Source: Candidatus Poribacteria bacterium (GTDB lineage Bacteria > Poribacteria > WGA-4E > JAJDTR01). Taken from it: a DNA stretch of 64,000 nucleotides. How positions within the stretch are numbered: position 1 is the first letter of the stretch; the number at the start of each line of letters is the position of its first letter. The stretch is from NCBI GenBank assembly GCA_965222225.1, contig CBDCTK010000002.1, positions 5,120,001-5,184,000 of the forward strand, in the 5' to 3' direction. The notes below the pieces were generated by a model that searched no databases, was not told where the DNA came from, and was given only the letters and a program-made list of their open reading frames with translations. Both the position numbers and the translations under genes were made by a program. Of this stretch, positions 1 to 9,608 are shown piece after piece.

Positions 1-1704
1 CGGTGCCCAATTTATGGATACGGTAGTCTCCCGGAGTTTCGGCGAGAAGATTGCCTCTTGAACCGCGATTTTCTCGCCGTCAACCTCCGGCGCATTGTCG
101 TAGAAGTGAAGGCGAACAATCCCGTCAAAAGGCGCGCCCGTGTTGGTCAAAGTCAGGCTGATCCGTGTTGGTTCACCGACACGAGGCGAAGGCGGAGAAA
201 ATCGAAGGCTGCGCGGAGCAACGCCCAGATTTGGGCGAGTCGCTTTCGGCAATTGGTGACTCAAAAACATCAACGCGAAACAAGTTGCGGAAGAGTCGCC
301 GCCATCGTCCGTCCATCGTCCGTCCTGCTCCTGTCGAGCGACGAGCATATTCGAGATTTCCTGATACCAACTGTGACCTGCCAGTGTTGTTAGCTCCGGT
401 GGGATGTCGGCGAAACGTTGAAGAGAGAGAAGATAGTAGTAGAGCCACAGATTTGATCCGGGGTTACGAGTAACTGACCAATGTTTCTTTATCCAGTCTA
501 GCCCCTTCCTAATTTGGGCATCCTCGGTAGACACCTCGCAGGCGCGAAGTACCCAAAGCCCCGTTGCAGTCATGCTGCCATAGACACCGGTTGCCCATGG
601 CGAGCCGTCGTCAACAAGATTGTAGAGCCAACCGCCGGTGTCCGTCTGATTCCGGCGAATCCATTTTTCGGCGCGGTCCCAGGTCTCTTGGGGAACATCC
701 AATCCCCACTGCTTTGCCGCGTAAAGCGCATAGATCGCCATATTTGTGTGCGCGCCGTCAGCCGTGTATCCGTACCCCCAACCGCCATCGTCCCTCAGAT
801 CTTCAAAGCCGCTACCCTTCAATGGAAGTTGAGTCGCCACAAGTTTGTTAATGGCAAATTGAGCGCGTTGCCGGTATTTGTCATCGTCCGTCGCAATCAA
901 GACCGGCACGATAGCCGCGTATTGATAGACTGTGAAGTCATTCCAGTCCGCTTTCGCGTCCATAAAGAATTCGAGTCCTTTCGCTATTGACGGACGCGAC
1001 TGATCCAACCCTGCGGCGAAGAGCGCTTGTAAAACGAGAGCGGTTTCCTGCTTGCTATCCTCTCCGAAGTCCCAAGCCGGACCGGGGACTAAGTCCTTGG
1101 GCAGACCTTTAAGCGTCGCACCGCAAATCACGCAAGTTGAAATAAGCTGATTTTCGGTGCCGCATTGCAGACAAGTACGACTATGCTTGCCCTGCTGTGA
1201 TTCTAACCACTTTGCACCGTTTTGGAGGGCAGCTTGAATCCGTTCGGGCGTTGCATGGGGGAAAGTAACGGGTGTGGCAGTTATGGAGGTGTGAGTGATA
1301 TTGTCATCCCAATTGGATTCATGGATTCTTTTTTCGCCGGGCGGATTTATCACTGCGTAAATTTCTGTTGTACCGGCAGGTGGACGCCACTGTGCCTTTA
1401 CGTCGTCAGATTTCCCTGGCTCCAGACTTAGGATGACATCCTTGCACAGAATTTGGAGCGGGTTTGTGGCGGGGTCGCCTTCGTAGAGCTTGACTACAAG
1501 GTCTTCATTGAGTGTTGGTGCTGCATTCCCGATATTGTCCACACGAACGTAGATTGTTATCTCTTCTCCTTCAACCGGTTCCGAATTGGAGAACGTGATA
1601 TTTGCGGAATCAACAGCAAATTCAGGCAGAGCCGGTTGCTGAGCATGTGCGTCGAGAACACCCAAGAAGAATGTGACTGTGAGGAAAAGGTAGTGCTTTC
1701 GCAT
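1..1704 (-). CDS. Secreted multidomain protein, 3'-truncated by the window edge: signal peptide, CARDB/Ig-like domain, CxxC-CxxC zinc ribbon, prenyltransferase/squalene-cyclase-type QW-repeat helical barrel, second CARDB-like domain
   Basis: Not in the ORF track because it has no stop in the window. Manual translation from ATG at 1704 is open to position 1: MRKHYLFLTVTFFLGVLDAHAQ..., ITFSNSEPVEGEEITIYVRVDNIG, IHESNWDDN, CLQC-x9-CVIC, DDGGWGY, NQTDTGGWLY, RQEQDGRW, FSPPSPRVGEPTRISLTLTNTG. Confidence 0.85.
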   Translation of the reverse strand, partial: MRKHYLFLTVTFFLGVLDAHAQQPALPEFAVDSANITFSNSEPVEGEEITIYVRVDNIGNAAPTLNEDLVVKLYEGDPATNPLQILCKDVILSLEPGKSDDVKAQWRPPAGTTEIYAVINPPGEKRIHESNWDDNITHTSITATPVTFPHATPERIQAALQNGAKWLESQQGKHSRTCLQCGTENQLISTCVICGATLKGLPKDLVPGPAWDFGEDSKQETALVLQALFAAGLDQSRPSIAKGLEFFMDAKADWNDFTVYQYAAIVPVLIATDDDKYRQRAQFAINKLVATQLPLKGSGFEDLRDDGGWGYGYTADGAHTNMAIYALYAAKQWGLDVPQETWDRAEKWIRRNQTDTGGWLYNLVDDGSPWATGVYGSMTATGLWVLRACEVSTEDAQIRKGLDWIKKHWSVTRNPGSNLWLYYYLLSLQRFADIPPELTTLAGHSWYQEISNMLVARQEQDGRWTDDGGDSSATCFALMFLSHQLPKATRPNLGVAPRSLRFSPPSPRVGEPTRISLTLTNTGAPFDGIVRLHFYDNAPEVDGEKIAVQEAIFSPKLRETTVSINWAP

Positions 1705-1730
1705 GAGACTCTCTAAGAGATAATACTCTT

Positions 1731-1751
1731 GTAGGGTGGGCACTACCCACC
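1731..1751 (+). repeat. GTAG-type REP-like hairpin
   Basis: GTAG followed by GGTGGG-CACTA-CCCACC, intergenic. Confidence 0.6.
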
Positions 1752-1897
1752 ATTTTTTAAGAAAAAGATGGTCGAACGCCTTTCAGCCATTGGAACAAAT
1801 CTGCTCTACAGCACGGCACGTTTCAAGCCTCATGAGAGTGGAATAATCAAGCCGACAAGTCCTCTCCCATCCATCTGTCCATCTTTCCAATCTTCTA

Positions 1898-2887
1898 CTA
1901 CTGCCCAGCCCAATTCCCAACCGAGACATGAGATGGCATAAGAATCTGGATACCAAACAGTTTCTCCCCTGACGCCGAGTATTTAGAAACTTCGCCTTGA
2001 AAGGTTGAACCTAGCTGATCAGCAACCCAAATGCCCCCGTCTTGTCCGTCAACGCCAATTGCGAGTATAGCTATACCCGCTGGAATTTCCATCGTTTTTT
2101 GACCACTTGGGGAGAGTTTAACTAACGTAGAGGCGTTGGCAACTAACCAGAGGCTCCCATCCTTGGCGTTGACATCTAGAGAGGTTGGCTTGGAAATGTC
2201 GGTGATGCGTAGCAGTTCTTGTCCCGTTGGACTCAGTTTGACCAAAACGCTTGCTTGGGTATCTGCCACCCACGCATTGCCTGTCTTCGGATTGACAGCG
2301 ACAAATTTCGGCTCTTTCAGTTGTGACTGACCGGTGGCAACAGCCGCGCCGTTAGCGTCATATCGAGTGGCAGTACCCCGAGAGTCGGTGACCCAGCAAC
2401 TACCATCCGTCGGGTTTACAGAGACATCGGGTTCGTGGACACCTGAAATTTCGGCGAGGACTTGACTGCCATCCGCCGAGACTTTCTTGACGACATTTTT
2501 CCCGCCAACCCATGCCGTGCTGTCACTAGTATTGATTGAAATTGACCGCGCGCCCGATATGTCCGCAATTGTTTTGAACACCGCGTTGGGATCGGTTGCT
2601 GCGGGATCGTATCTAAAGACTGTGTTTGCGGCGGACACGGAGATCCACACAACCCCGTTCTTCGGATCTACTTCTGCAGACTGTGCTTGCGTAAGATTTG
2701 GGATTACTGAGGAGTCCACGGATCCGTTTGGATAAACTTTGTAGACGGTATCACCGCCGCTAACTACCCAACACTCGCCGTTGTATGCGGCTTCCGAGTG
2801 GGTGAGTGAAAAACTCAATAATATAGCAAAGGCTATTAGTGCTTTGAAGTACGAGAAACGTCGTCGAATCATTCTTCTTTCTCCCAA
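1898..2887 (-). CDS. Secreted beta-propeller protein (NHL/SMP-30/Vgb-like)
   Basis: Signal peptide ending SEA-A; ~40-aa blade repeats of the form P-x-x-V-x-V-N-P-x-D-G-x-x-W-V-x-D. Confidence 0.8.
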   Translation of the reverse strand: MGERRMIRRRFSYFKALIAFAILLSFSLTHSEAAYNGECWVVSGGDTVYKVYPNGSVDSSVIPNLTQAQSAEVDPKNGVVWISVSAANTVFRYDPAATDPNAVFKTIADISGARSISINTSDSTAWVGGKNVVKKVSADGSQVLAEISGVHEPDVSVNPTDGSCWVTDSRGTATRYDANGAAVATGQSQLKEPKFVAVNPKTGNAWVADTQASVLVKLSPTGQELLRITDISKPTSLDVNAKDGSLWLVANASTLVKLSPSGQKTMEIPAGIAILAIGVDGQDGGIWVADQLGSTFQGEVSKYSASGEKLFGIQILMPSHVSVGNWAGQ

Positions 2888-3167
2888 TTCACAAAGAGTT
2901 AATTCAGCGTCTGTTGTTGATCATAAAGGGCTATTCAGATGTAGCAGAATCTTCAACGCCAAAGATTAACACATTCGACTGTTAATGTCCAAGCAATTTC
3001 AATGCCGTACTCTGAAGGCTGGGTTTACTTGATATTGTATGAAGATTAACGCCTGAGTTGTCTGAAACTTGAACACGGCGACCAATTATTGGACAGCCAG
3101 GGTTCGAGCAAGATTCATCGAGATCAGTATCATATTATAACGTCTGATGTGACGGAGGCGTTGAGCG

Positions 3168-4232
3168 CTATTCGACATCTGTTTTCCGTCGATATGCCCG
3201 AAAGCTGGAAACTCCGTAGATTAACACAAAGAAGATAACTGTCGCTTGTATCACGAATGTCATTTTCGCCGAGATGCCTGCCATCTGCTGCATGGCGTCC
3301 GAGCCTGTCTTCAATGCCCCAAACAGCAGAGAGGACACGATAACCCACAGCGGATGGAGCTTCGCCAATAAGGCTACGGCGATTGCCGTATACCCGTACC
3401 CGGGCGAAAAGTTTAGAAACAGGCGTCGAGTCAGCGCGGTGAGTTCGATAGCCCCTCCCAGCCCGGCAAGGGAACCGCTAATGAAAAGCGCGAGTATAAC
3501 GTTCTTGGAAATCGAGATGCCGGCTGCCTGTGCCGCTTTCGGATTTGATCCCACGGCCCTTATCTGATATCCCAAAACGGTGCGAAACAGTACGATTGAC
3601 AATATAATGGCGAGAGCAATCGCTAGCGGGAGTCCGAGATGGAATCGCGTTTGCGGTATTAGACGCGGCAGATATGATGCGGCGGCAATCATGTCGCTTT
3701 GGGGACCGCGCTTCGCCGCCTCCTGTAACGGTCCGCCATCGACCATATAACTCAGAAGATAGATGGCTACATAGTTCAACATGATGGTACTGATGACTTC
3801 CTGCACACCGCGATATACTTTGAGTAAAGCCGCAATCAACGCCCAGATTCCACCTGCCATTGCTCCCACGAGTAGAGTTAGCGGAATAGCCAAGGTTGGT
3901 GGAAGATGCGGTGCAATCTGGGTTCCGCACCACGTGGATGCGATAGCGCCGAGCAGGAACTGGCCCTCCGCGCCGATATTCCAAATACCGCAGCGAAACG
4001 AAAAGGCAACTGCCAGCCCGGTGAGCAGGAAGGGAACGCTCTTGACCAATGTTTCCGTGATTCGGCGACCGTCACCGAATGCACCGACGACCGCAACCTG
4101 CATAGCTTCCCACGGATTGTAATTACAAAGCGTGAGAATGATTCCATTGGTGACGAGCGTCGAGAAAAGGATGGCAACCGGAAATAAAATCTGTCTCCGG
4201 CTTAGAGATGTGATCTTGGATAGGACGTTCAT
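3168..4232 (-). CDS. Nucleoside/sugar ABC transporter permease (CUT2/BMP-associated)
   Basis: WNIGAEGQ, EVISTIMLNY, GYGYTAIAVALLA motifs; hydrophobic; overlaps the ATPase stop. Confidence 0.9.
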   Translation of the reverse strand: MNVLSKITSLSRRQILFPVAILFSTLVTNGIILTLCNYNPWEAMQVAVVGAFGDGRRITETLVKSVPFLLTGLAVAFSFRCGIWNIGAEGQFLLGAIASTWCGTQIAPHLPPTLAIPLTLLVGAMAGGIWALIAALLKVYRGVQEVISTIMLNYVAIYLLSYMVDGGPLQEAAKRGPQSDMIAAASYLPRLIPQTRFHLGLPLAIALAIILSIVLFRTVLGYQIRAVGSNPKAAQAAGISISKNVILALFISGSLAGLGGAIELTALTRRLFLNFSPGYGYTAIAVALLAKLHPLWVIVSSLLFGALKTGSDAMQQMAGISAKMTFVIQATVIFFVLIYGVSSFRAYRRKTDVE

Positions 4233-5746
4233 GGGTGGGTTTCGGCGCCCGTCATCAGTAACCCGAGGGCGGTCATATCGCTCCGCTTGGATGTGGCGTC
4301 AATCAAATTTCCGTTGGACATGACGAACACGCGATCGCTCAAGGCTAACGCTTCATCCAGTTCCGTGGAAATCAACAGCACCGCTTTTGACTTTTGCCGC
4401 CGCGCAATCAGGCTTTTATGCACGTATTCCGCCGCGCTAATGTCCAGTCCTCGCGTCGGGTTGACAGCGATTAACAGCGCCGGATCGCGAGAAATTTCTC
4501 GAGCTAAAACAATCTTCTGCTGGTTACCGCCAGAGAGGGCATGTGCCTCAATATCCTTGGATGGCGTGCGAATGTCGTAGTTCCTAATCAAGCGCTCCGA
4601 ATCATCGCCTATTCTTGTTTTATCAAGCAAAACTCGCTTACGATGCTCCCGAAGTTGGTGCACATCAAGTATTAGATTCTCGCTAATTGAGAAGTTGACG
4701 ACTAAGCCTGTGCTTTGTCTGTCCTCTGGAATGTACCCTACTCCCAAACCACGTATATCGGCGGTAGTCTTGTTCGTGATCGGCGTGTCAAATAATCTGA
4801 TTTCCCCGGATATAACCTTACGTAGCCCCATAAGCGCTTCCGCCAACTCCACTTGCCCATTTCCATCCACCCCGGCAATCCCTACAATCTCGCCTCGACG
4901 CACTTCAAGCGAGACGCCTTGGACGGCAATCTCGCCCCGATTTCCACGAATTACAGGGTTTTGCAGATGGAGCGCGGCATCCTCGGAGGCCACCTCCTCT
5001 CTCGGTCCTATATCGTCTTGCGTAGCCGGTGACTCATCTCCCATCATCTGCCGGGCGAGTTCTTGTGGCGAAGTGTCCGCCGTGTCCGTCACGTACGTCT
5101 TGCTTCCGTTTCGCATCACGGTCACGCGATTGCTAATCGTCATGACCTCCTTCAACTTATGGCTGATGAAGATGATTGAACGACCATCAATCCGTAGTTT
5201 TCGTAGGATGGAAAATAGTTCGTGAACCTCTTGAGGGGCGAGTACGGCGGTGGGTTCGTCAAGGATAAGGATTCGGGCGTCTGCCGCCAACGCCTTAAGG
5301 ATTTCCACACGTTGTTGGAGTCCGACCGACAATTGCCAAATATAGGCCTCCGGTTCAATGGCAAAACCAAATTGTTCGGACAACTCCCGCGTCTTCCGGT
5401 TTGCTTCGTCTCTGCGGAACCGAAATCGCTGATCTCGCAATCCAAGGGCGATATTCTCCGCGACGGTCAGGTTCTGGATGAGCAAGAAATGCTGGTGAAC
5501 CATTCCGACGCCGTGTGCAATGGCGTCGCGTGGGAAGCCAAGTCGGGTGGGTTCGCCGGAGATTCGGATCTCCCCGGCATCGGGCTGGTGCAAGCCATAG
5601 ATGAGATTCATCAGGGTGGATTTGCCGGCGCCGTTTTCACCCAGAACGGCATGGATTTCGCCCTTCTTTAGCTCGAAATCCACATTGTCAACCGCGACGA
5701 GATTCCCAAACGTCTTCGTGATGCCGTTCAGTTCAAGTACGTTCAT
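4229..5746 (-). CDS. ABC transporter ATP-binding protein with duplicated ATPase domain (CUT2)
   Basis: GENGAGKST, LSVGLQQRVEI, LILDEPT, LSGGNQQK. Confidence 0.95.
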   Translation of the reverse strand: MNVLELNGITKTFGNLVAVDNVDFELKKGEIHAVLGENGAGKSTLMNLIYGLHQPDAGEIRISGEPTRLGFPRDAIAHGVGMVHQHFLLIQNLTVAENIALGLRDQRFRFRRDEANRKTRELSEQFGFAIEPEAYIWQLSVGLQQRVEILKALAADARILILDEPTAVLAPQEVHELFSILRKLRIDGRSIIFISHKLKEVMTISNRVTVMRNGSKTYVTDTADTSPQELARQMMGDESPATQDDIGPREEVASEDAALHLQNPVIRGNRGEIAVQGVSLEVRRGEIVGIAGVDGNGQVELAEALMGLRKVISGEIRLFDTPITNKTTADIRGLGVGYIPEDRQSTGLVVNFSISENLILDVHQLREHRKRVLLDKTRIGDDSERLIRNYDIRTPSKDIEAHALSGGNQQKIVLAREISRDPALLIAVNPTRGLDISAAEYVHKSLIARRQKSKAVLLISTELDEALALSDRVFVMSNGNLIDATSKRSDMTALGLLMTGAETHP

Positions 5747-6093
5747 GTCCGAGGTGATACGTATTCTGCGGGAAGTGGATGGAACATCTCACCTATGCGT
5801 GGCGGTTAATTTGTCTTCTTGGATCTGTTTGCGTTGCTGGAGGTTGCGCGAAATGGTGAAATAGTGTAATGGTCAGGTGGACAATAGACATTTGCAACTG
5901 TTTCCTGCAAGAGGGGAAATCTGCGATTTAATAATCGCAGATCGGCTTGGATTGTCAAATCCAAGCCTTGACCGATAAGGTTGTCAATCCGCGGAAGCAA
6001 TACGGTGTGTAAACTATCTCGTTGACTGGGGCGTGTTGACATTTATGTGAGTTATGTGAGTTGTGCCCGCAATTCGCCGATATATACCCAATC

Positions 6094-6224
6094 GTAGGGG
6101 CGAGGTTCCCTCGCCCAATGGGTTGAGTAACCCAACCCCTACAGTCTCTAATCCGCCTACTCCCGTTTCCCGCTTCCGTTGGATTGAGCGTTGGGTTTCA
6201 CGGTTACCGTTCGACCCAACCTAC
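6094..6224. repeat. Cluster of GTAG/CTAC-bounded REP-like hairpins (REPIN-like)
   Basis: 6094-6142 GTAGGGGCGAGGTTCCCTCGCCC...GGGTTGAGTAACCCAACCCCTAC; 6190-6224 is the reverse complement of GTAGGTTGGGTCGAACGGTAACCGTGAAACCCAAC. Confidence 0.7.
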
Positions 6225-6273
6225 GTGATGTCAAATGTCAACAGAACCTAATACAGAGATGGTGAAATAGGCA

Positions 6274-7305
6274 TTACAAATCATCCACACCGAAATGGAT
6301 TCGGGGCACCTTGATTTGTTTGGCTAGAATCTGTGATTTGACTTCCTCGACTTTCTTTTTTACGTGCTCCGGTATTCGGTCGGCAAGTTCCGGGTTGTAG
6401 ACAACCTTTATCGCCTCGTCATTTGACATGGTCATGAAGAGCGATTTTGCTTCAAATGTGTCGTCTTTAACGCTCCTAGCAACCCGCACAAAGCAATCCA
6501 AAGAAATAACCGCGTTGGCAAGAATTGTTGTGGGCGAAACATGGCTCTGGTCACGGTTGGATCCGAAACAATAGACATCCTTTCCCGACTGGCGTGCGTT
6601 TTCCATCGCTTCGAACACGCCCCGTCCAGCCGCGTTCGCATTGTGGAAGATGAAGTCGATTCCCTCGTTTATTTGTGCCAACGCAATTTCCTTCGCTTTG
6701 CCGATGTTATCCCAATCCCCCACATACGCGCGGCGCACCTCCGCTTCCGGATTCGCGGCTTTCACCCCGCCTTCAAACGCCATAAATGTGCTGTTGATTG
6801 AAGGGATGTTTTGACCGCCGACCACGGCAACCTTGCCGGTTTGCGTCATCATTCCTGCAATAATCCCGAGCAGGTAAGTGGCTTCCTCCATTTCAAACAC
6901 AATCGGTGCGACGTTCTTCAGTATTGTGCTTCCCGACGAGGTAATAAACACTGTCCCCGGAAAGTCGGGAGCAACCGCTTTGGCAGAATCTTGATATTCG
7001 TATCCGTGCCCAAAAACCAGATTGTATCCATTCTGTGCGTACGACCGAAAATGGTCTTCCTGATCAGCCGGTGTGCGGCTCTCGATATGACTAATCTGAG
7101 CGCCGAGTTCCTTCTCAATGGCTTTAAGCCCCTCGAAAGCCAGAGCATTCCAACCGGCATCGCTGACCGAACCGGGCGCTAACAACGCTACCTTGAAGGG
7201 TTTTTCCGTTGACTTCTTATCGCAGCCAATCATTCCGAGTAGACATACTGTTCCAAAAATCAAAAGCAGAGCCAAAACCTTAAAAGAATTGTGCTTCATC
7301 TGCAT
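6274..7305 (-). CDS. BMP-family ABC substrate-binding lipoprotein (nucleoside-binding type)
   Basis: Lipobox MIG-C; GSVSDAGWN, GHGYEY, EATYLLG; upstream of a CUT2 ATPase and permease. Confidence 0.9.
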   Translation of the reverse strand: MQMKHNSFKVLALLLIFGTVCLLGMIGCDKKSTEKPFKVALLAPGSVSDAGWNALAFEGLKAIEKELGAQISHIESRTPADQEDHFRSYAQNGYNLVFGHGYEYQDSAKAVAPDFPGTVFITSSGSTILKNVAPIVFEMEEATYLLGIIAGMMTQTGKVAVVGGQNIPSINSTFMAFEGGVKAANPEAEVRRAYVGDWDNIGKAKEIALAQINEGIDFIFHNANAAGRGVFEAMENARQSGKDVYCFGSNRDQSHVSPTTILANAVISLDCFVRVARSVKDDTFEAKSLFMTMSNDEAIKVVYNPELADRIPEHVKKKVEEVKSQILAKQIKVPRIHFGVDDL

Positions 7306-7363
7306 TCAGTATTTCCTCCGCATGGGTTTTCGAGATTTAGTCATATTGGGAGTAGTTGTTACG

Positions 7364-7528
7364 AGCACCGGCATCCTTACTAGGTCACACTAAGACGGTG
7401 GTTCAACCTATAGTGCATGGAGGGACATACCTTGAGATTAGTTCGGATCGCGTGCTGAACAACTGAATCGCATAGGGGGCACCAGCCATCAGTATACAGT
7501 TCGCCTTGTCATCTAATGAATAAGTGCT
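7364..7528 (-). ncRNA. Candidate structured RNA or 5' leader (rod-like hairpin)
   Basis: Nested minus-strand helices AGCACU/GGUGCU, UAUACU/AGUGUG, GAUGG/CCGUC, UGGU/ACCA, CCUAUG/UAUAGG with G-U pairs, inside a ~285-nt leader. Confidence 0.4.
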
Positions 7529-7597
7529 ACTTGTTCAGCCTCTAATTCTTTCCCGAATGCGTGAATATAAAGGGCAAAGGGGTACGCCAATACAAAA

Positions 7598-7626
7598 ATT
7601 ATAGCACATTGAGGGGTACTTGTCAA
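7598..7626 (-). promoter_or_regulatory. sigma70 promoter, perfect consensus
   Basis: TTGACA-N17-TATAAT with extended -10 TG on the minus strand. Confidence 0.85.
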
Positions 7627-7831
7627 TTGTGTGCCCTTAGACGAGACAGGACAATCGCATCTAATTTTGAGAGTATTGTAGGGTCGGCATTGCCCACTGC
7701 TTCTCAGCCTTATTCATTCACCACATGCGAAGCACAGCGCGCAATCTGCAATCATCAACTCTCCGATTTCCTCTCTTTCATCTTATAACAACACCGATTC
7801 GGTGCGTTTAATCCGTGAAATCCGTTAATCC

Positions 7832-7868
7832 GATCAAACGCGTGGATAGCGAGGTCGATAGATATCCC
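7832..7868 (+). repeat. Dispersed GATCAA module (A+B)
   Basis: GATCAAACGCGTGGATAGCGAGGTC-GATAGATATCCC, within an AATCCG-rich repeat ending GATTCAGACAA. Confidence 0.65.
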
Positions 7869-8049
7869 TTAATCGGCGATTCAGACAATTGCCAAAACCC
7901 CCTGTCTCGGTTAGACAATCATCAACTCCCCGATTCACCCCCTTATTTTCACTTTCACATTCGTTGTACGTCAAGTTTAGAGCAAGAAAGGCCACTTCCC
8001 TCCAACCAACAATCAGATGCGATTGCCCCGAGATTTACAGGATTTCTCC

Positions 8050-8078
8050 TTGACTAAGTGGATTCCCGATGTTATGAT
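8050..8078 (+). promoter_or_regulatory. sigma70 promoter upstream of def
   Basis: TTGACT-N17-TATGAT. Confidence 0.6.
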
Positions 8079-8121
8079 TACCCGTGGGAATCTTACGTGA
8101 ATTGGTTGGACTGAGTCCGAG

Positions 8122-8730
8122 ATGGCGAATCGCAAAAGACGGAAACATATTTCCGCCCATGCACCGAGCGCTTCTACTCCAACGATAGGAAATCAGGAGC
8201 AAAAACACGAGGATGGCGTCCTCCAAATACGACTCTACGGAGATCCGGTGCTACGACAAAAAGCATCGCCTATTGAGGCAATTACCAGCGCCGAAAAAGA
8301 ACTGGCGGATTCCATGTTGGCGACGCTATACGCCATTCCCAATGGGGTCGGCTTGGCGGCGCCGCAGGTCGGTGTCTTGAAGCGATTGGTCGTGATTGAT
8401 GTGGACAGGGAGGACCTTGACAGCAAACCGTTGGTGCTCATCAATCCAAAGATTCAAAGCCTTGAAGGGGAGATTGTCGATGAAGAAGCGTGTTTGAGCA
8501 TCCCCGATGTCACGGCTGATGTCAAGCGAGCCGAGAAAGTGGTCGTCACTGCGCTCAGCTTGGATGGCGAGGAATGTTCCGTCGAAGGCGAGGGCTTTTT
8601 TGCCCGTGTACTCCAGCATGAGATAGATCATCTGGATGGCGTACTGTTCATTGACCATATCGGCGGTCTCAAGCGTCAACTTCTCCGAAAAAAACTGCAC
8701 AAACTTCAGCAACAATCGCAGGATGAATAG
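8122..8730 (+). CDS. def: Peptide deformylase
   Basis: GVGLAAPQVG, EEACLS (variant of EGCLS), QHEIDHLDG; start codon uncertain. Confidence 0.93.
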   Translation: MANRKRRKHISAHAPSASTPTIGNQEQKHEDGVLQIRLYGDPVLRQKASPIEAITSAEKELADSMLATLYAIPNGVGLAAPQVGVLKRLVVIDVDREDLDSKPLVLINPKIQSLEGEIVDEEACLSIPDVTADVKRAEKVVVTALSLDGEECSVEGEGFFARVLQHEIDHLDGVLFIDHIGGLKRQLLRKKLHKLQQQSQDE

Positions 8731-8739
8731 GGAAGAAAA

Positions 8740-9585
8740 ATGTCACAGGCTCGCGCGTTAAAGATAGATCAAAAGTTAAAGGCGTTAAACACCCTTCTGA
8801 AATCCTACGGAGACATAATTGTCGCGTTCTCGGGTGGCGTCGATAGTACCTTCTTAGCCGAAGCGGCACGACGTGTTCTTGCGGACAATGCCCTTGCTGT
8901 CACTGCAATCTCCGATTCCTATCCGGAACGTGAGATGGAAGCCGCCAAAGATATTGCAAAACAGATTCGGATTCGCTTCGAGACCGTAAATACCGACGAA
9001 CTGGAAATGGAAGGTTACGCCAGCAATCCAACGAATCGTTGTTACTTTTGCAAAACGGAACTCTTCACCAAACTCAAACCTATTGCCGAAAAATATCGGG
9101 TCAGCACGATTGTATACGGCGCAATTCCCGACGATATCGGCGACTATCGTCCCGGCATGGATGCCGCTAAAAGCATGGGAATTAAGGCGCCGCTGATCGA
9201 TGCCAATCTGACAAAAGCCGACATTCGAGAAGTGTCTAAGCAATGGGGGTTGCCGACATGGGACAAACCTGCTTTTGCCTGTTTGTCATCGCGGTTTCCG
9301 TATGGGACACGCATTACCCGCGACCTGCTCCGACAGGTCGATCGCGCGGAACAGTTCCTGTACGATCTGGGTGTGCGGCAATTTCGAGTGCGTCATCATG
9401 AAGATCTTGCGCGAATAGAGCTTGAACCCGCGGAAATTCCGAATATCGCGACGAAATCAATTCGCTCCCAAATCAACGCGCATTTCAAGTCACTCGGATA
9501 TCGGCATGTCACCCTTGATTTACAGGGATATCGTTCGGGCAGCTTGAACGAGGGAGTACTGAAGATTCCGGTGGGGAAAAGCTAG
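8740..9585 (+). CDS. larE: ATP-dependent sulfur transferase, LarE/TIGR00268 family
   Basis: PP-loop FSGGVDS, NRCYFCK, DYRPG, ACLSSRFPYG, FRVRHH, GYRSGSLN. Confidence 0.88.
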   Translation: MSQARALKIDQKLKALNTLLKSYGDIIVAFSGGVDSTFLAEAARRVLADNALAVTAISDSYPEREMEAAKDIAKQIRIRFETVNTDELEMEGYASNPTNRCYFCKTELFTKLKPIAEKYRVSTIVYGAIPDDIGDYRPGMDAAKSMGIKAPLIDANLTKADIREVSKQWGLPTWDKPAFACLSSRFPYGTRITRDLLRQVDRAEQFLYDLGVRQFRVRHHEDLARIELEPAEIPNIATKSIRSQINAHFKSLGYRHVTLDLQGYRSGSLNEGVLKIPVGKS

Positions 9586-9608
9586 ATAAAACCCTCAAAA
9601 TTTGGTTT

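Noticed and set aside
58-1716. Plus-strand ORFs listed in the track (58-393, 514-990, 1453-1716 and others)
   Set aside because: They are shadows of the long minus-strand gene 1..1704.
5806-6042. 78-aa minus ORF between the BMP and ATPase genes
   Set aside because: No clear RBS or motif, and it lies beside REP-like debris; it cannot be supported, though a remnant is not excluded.
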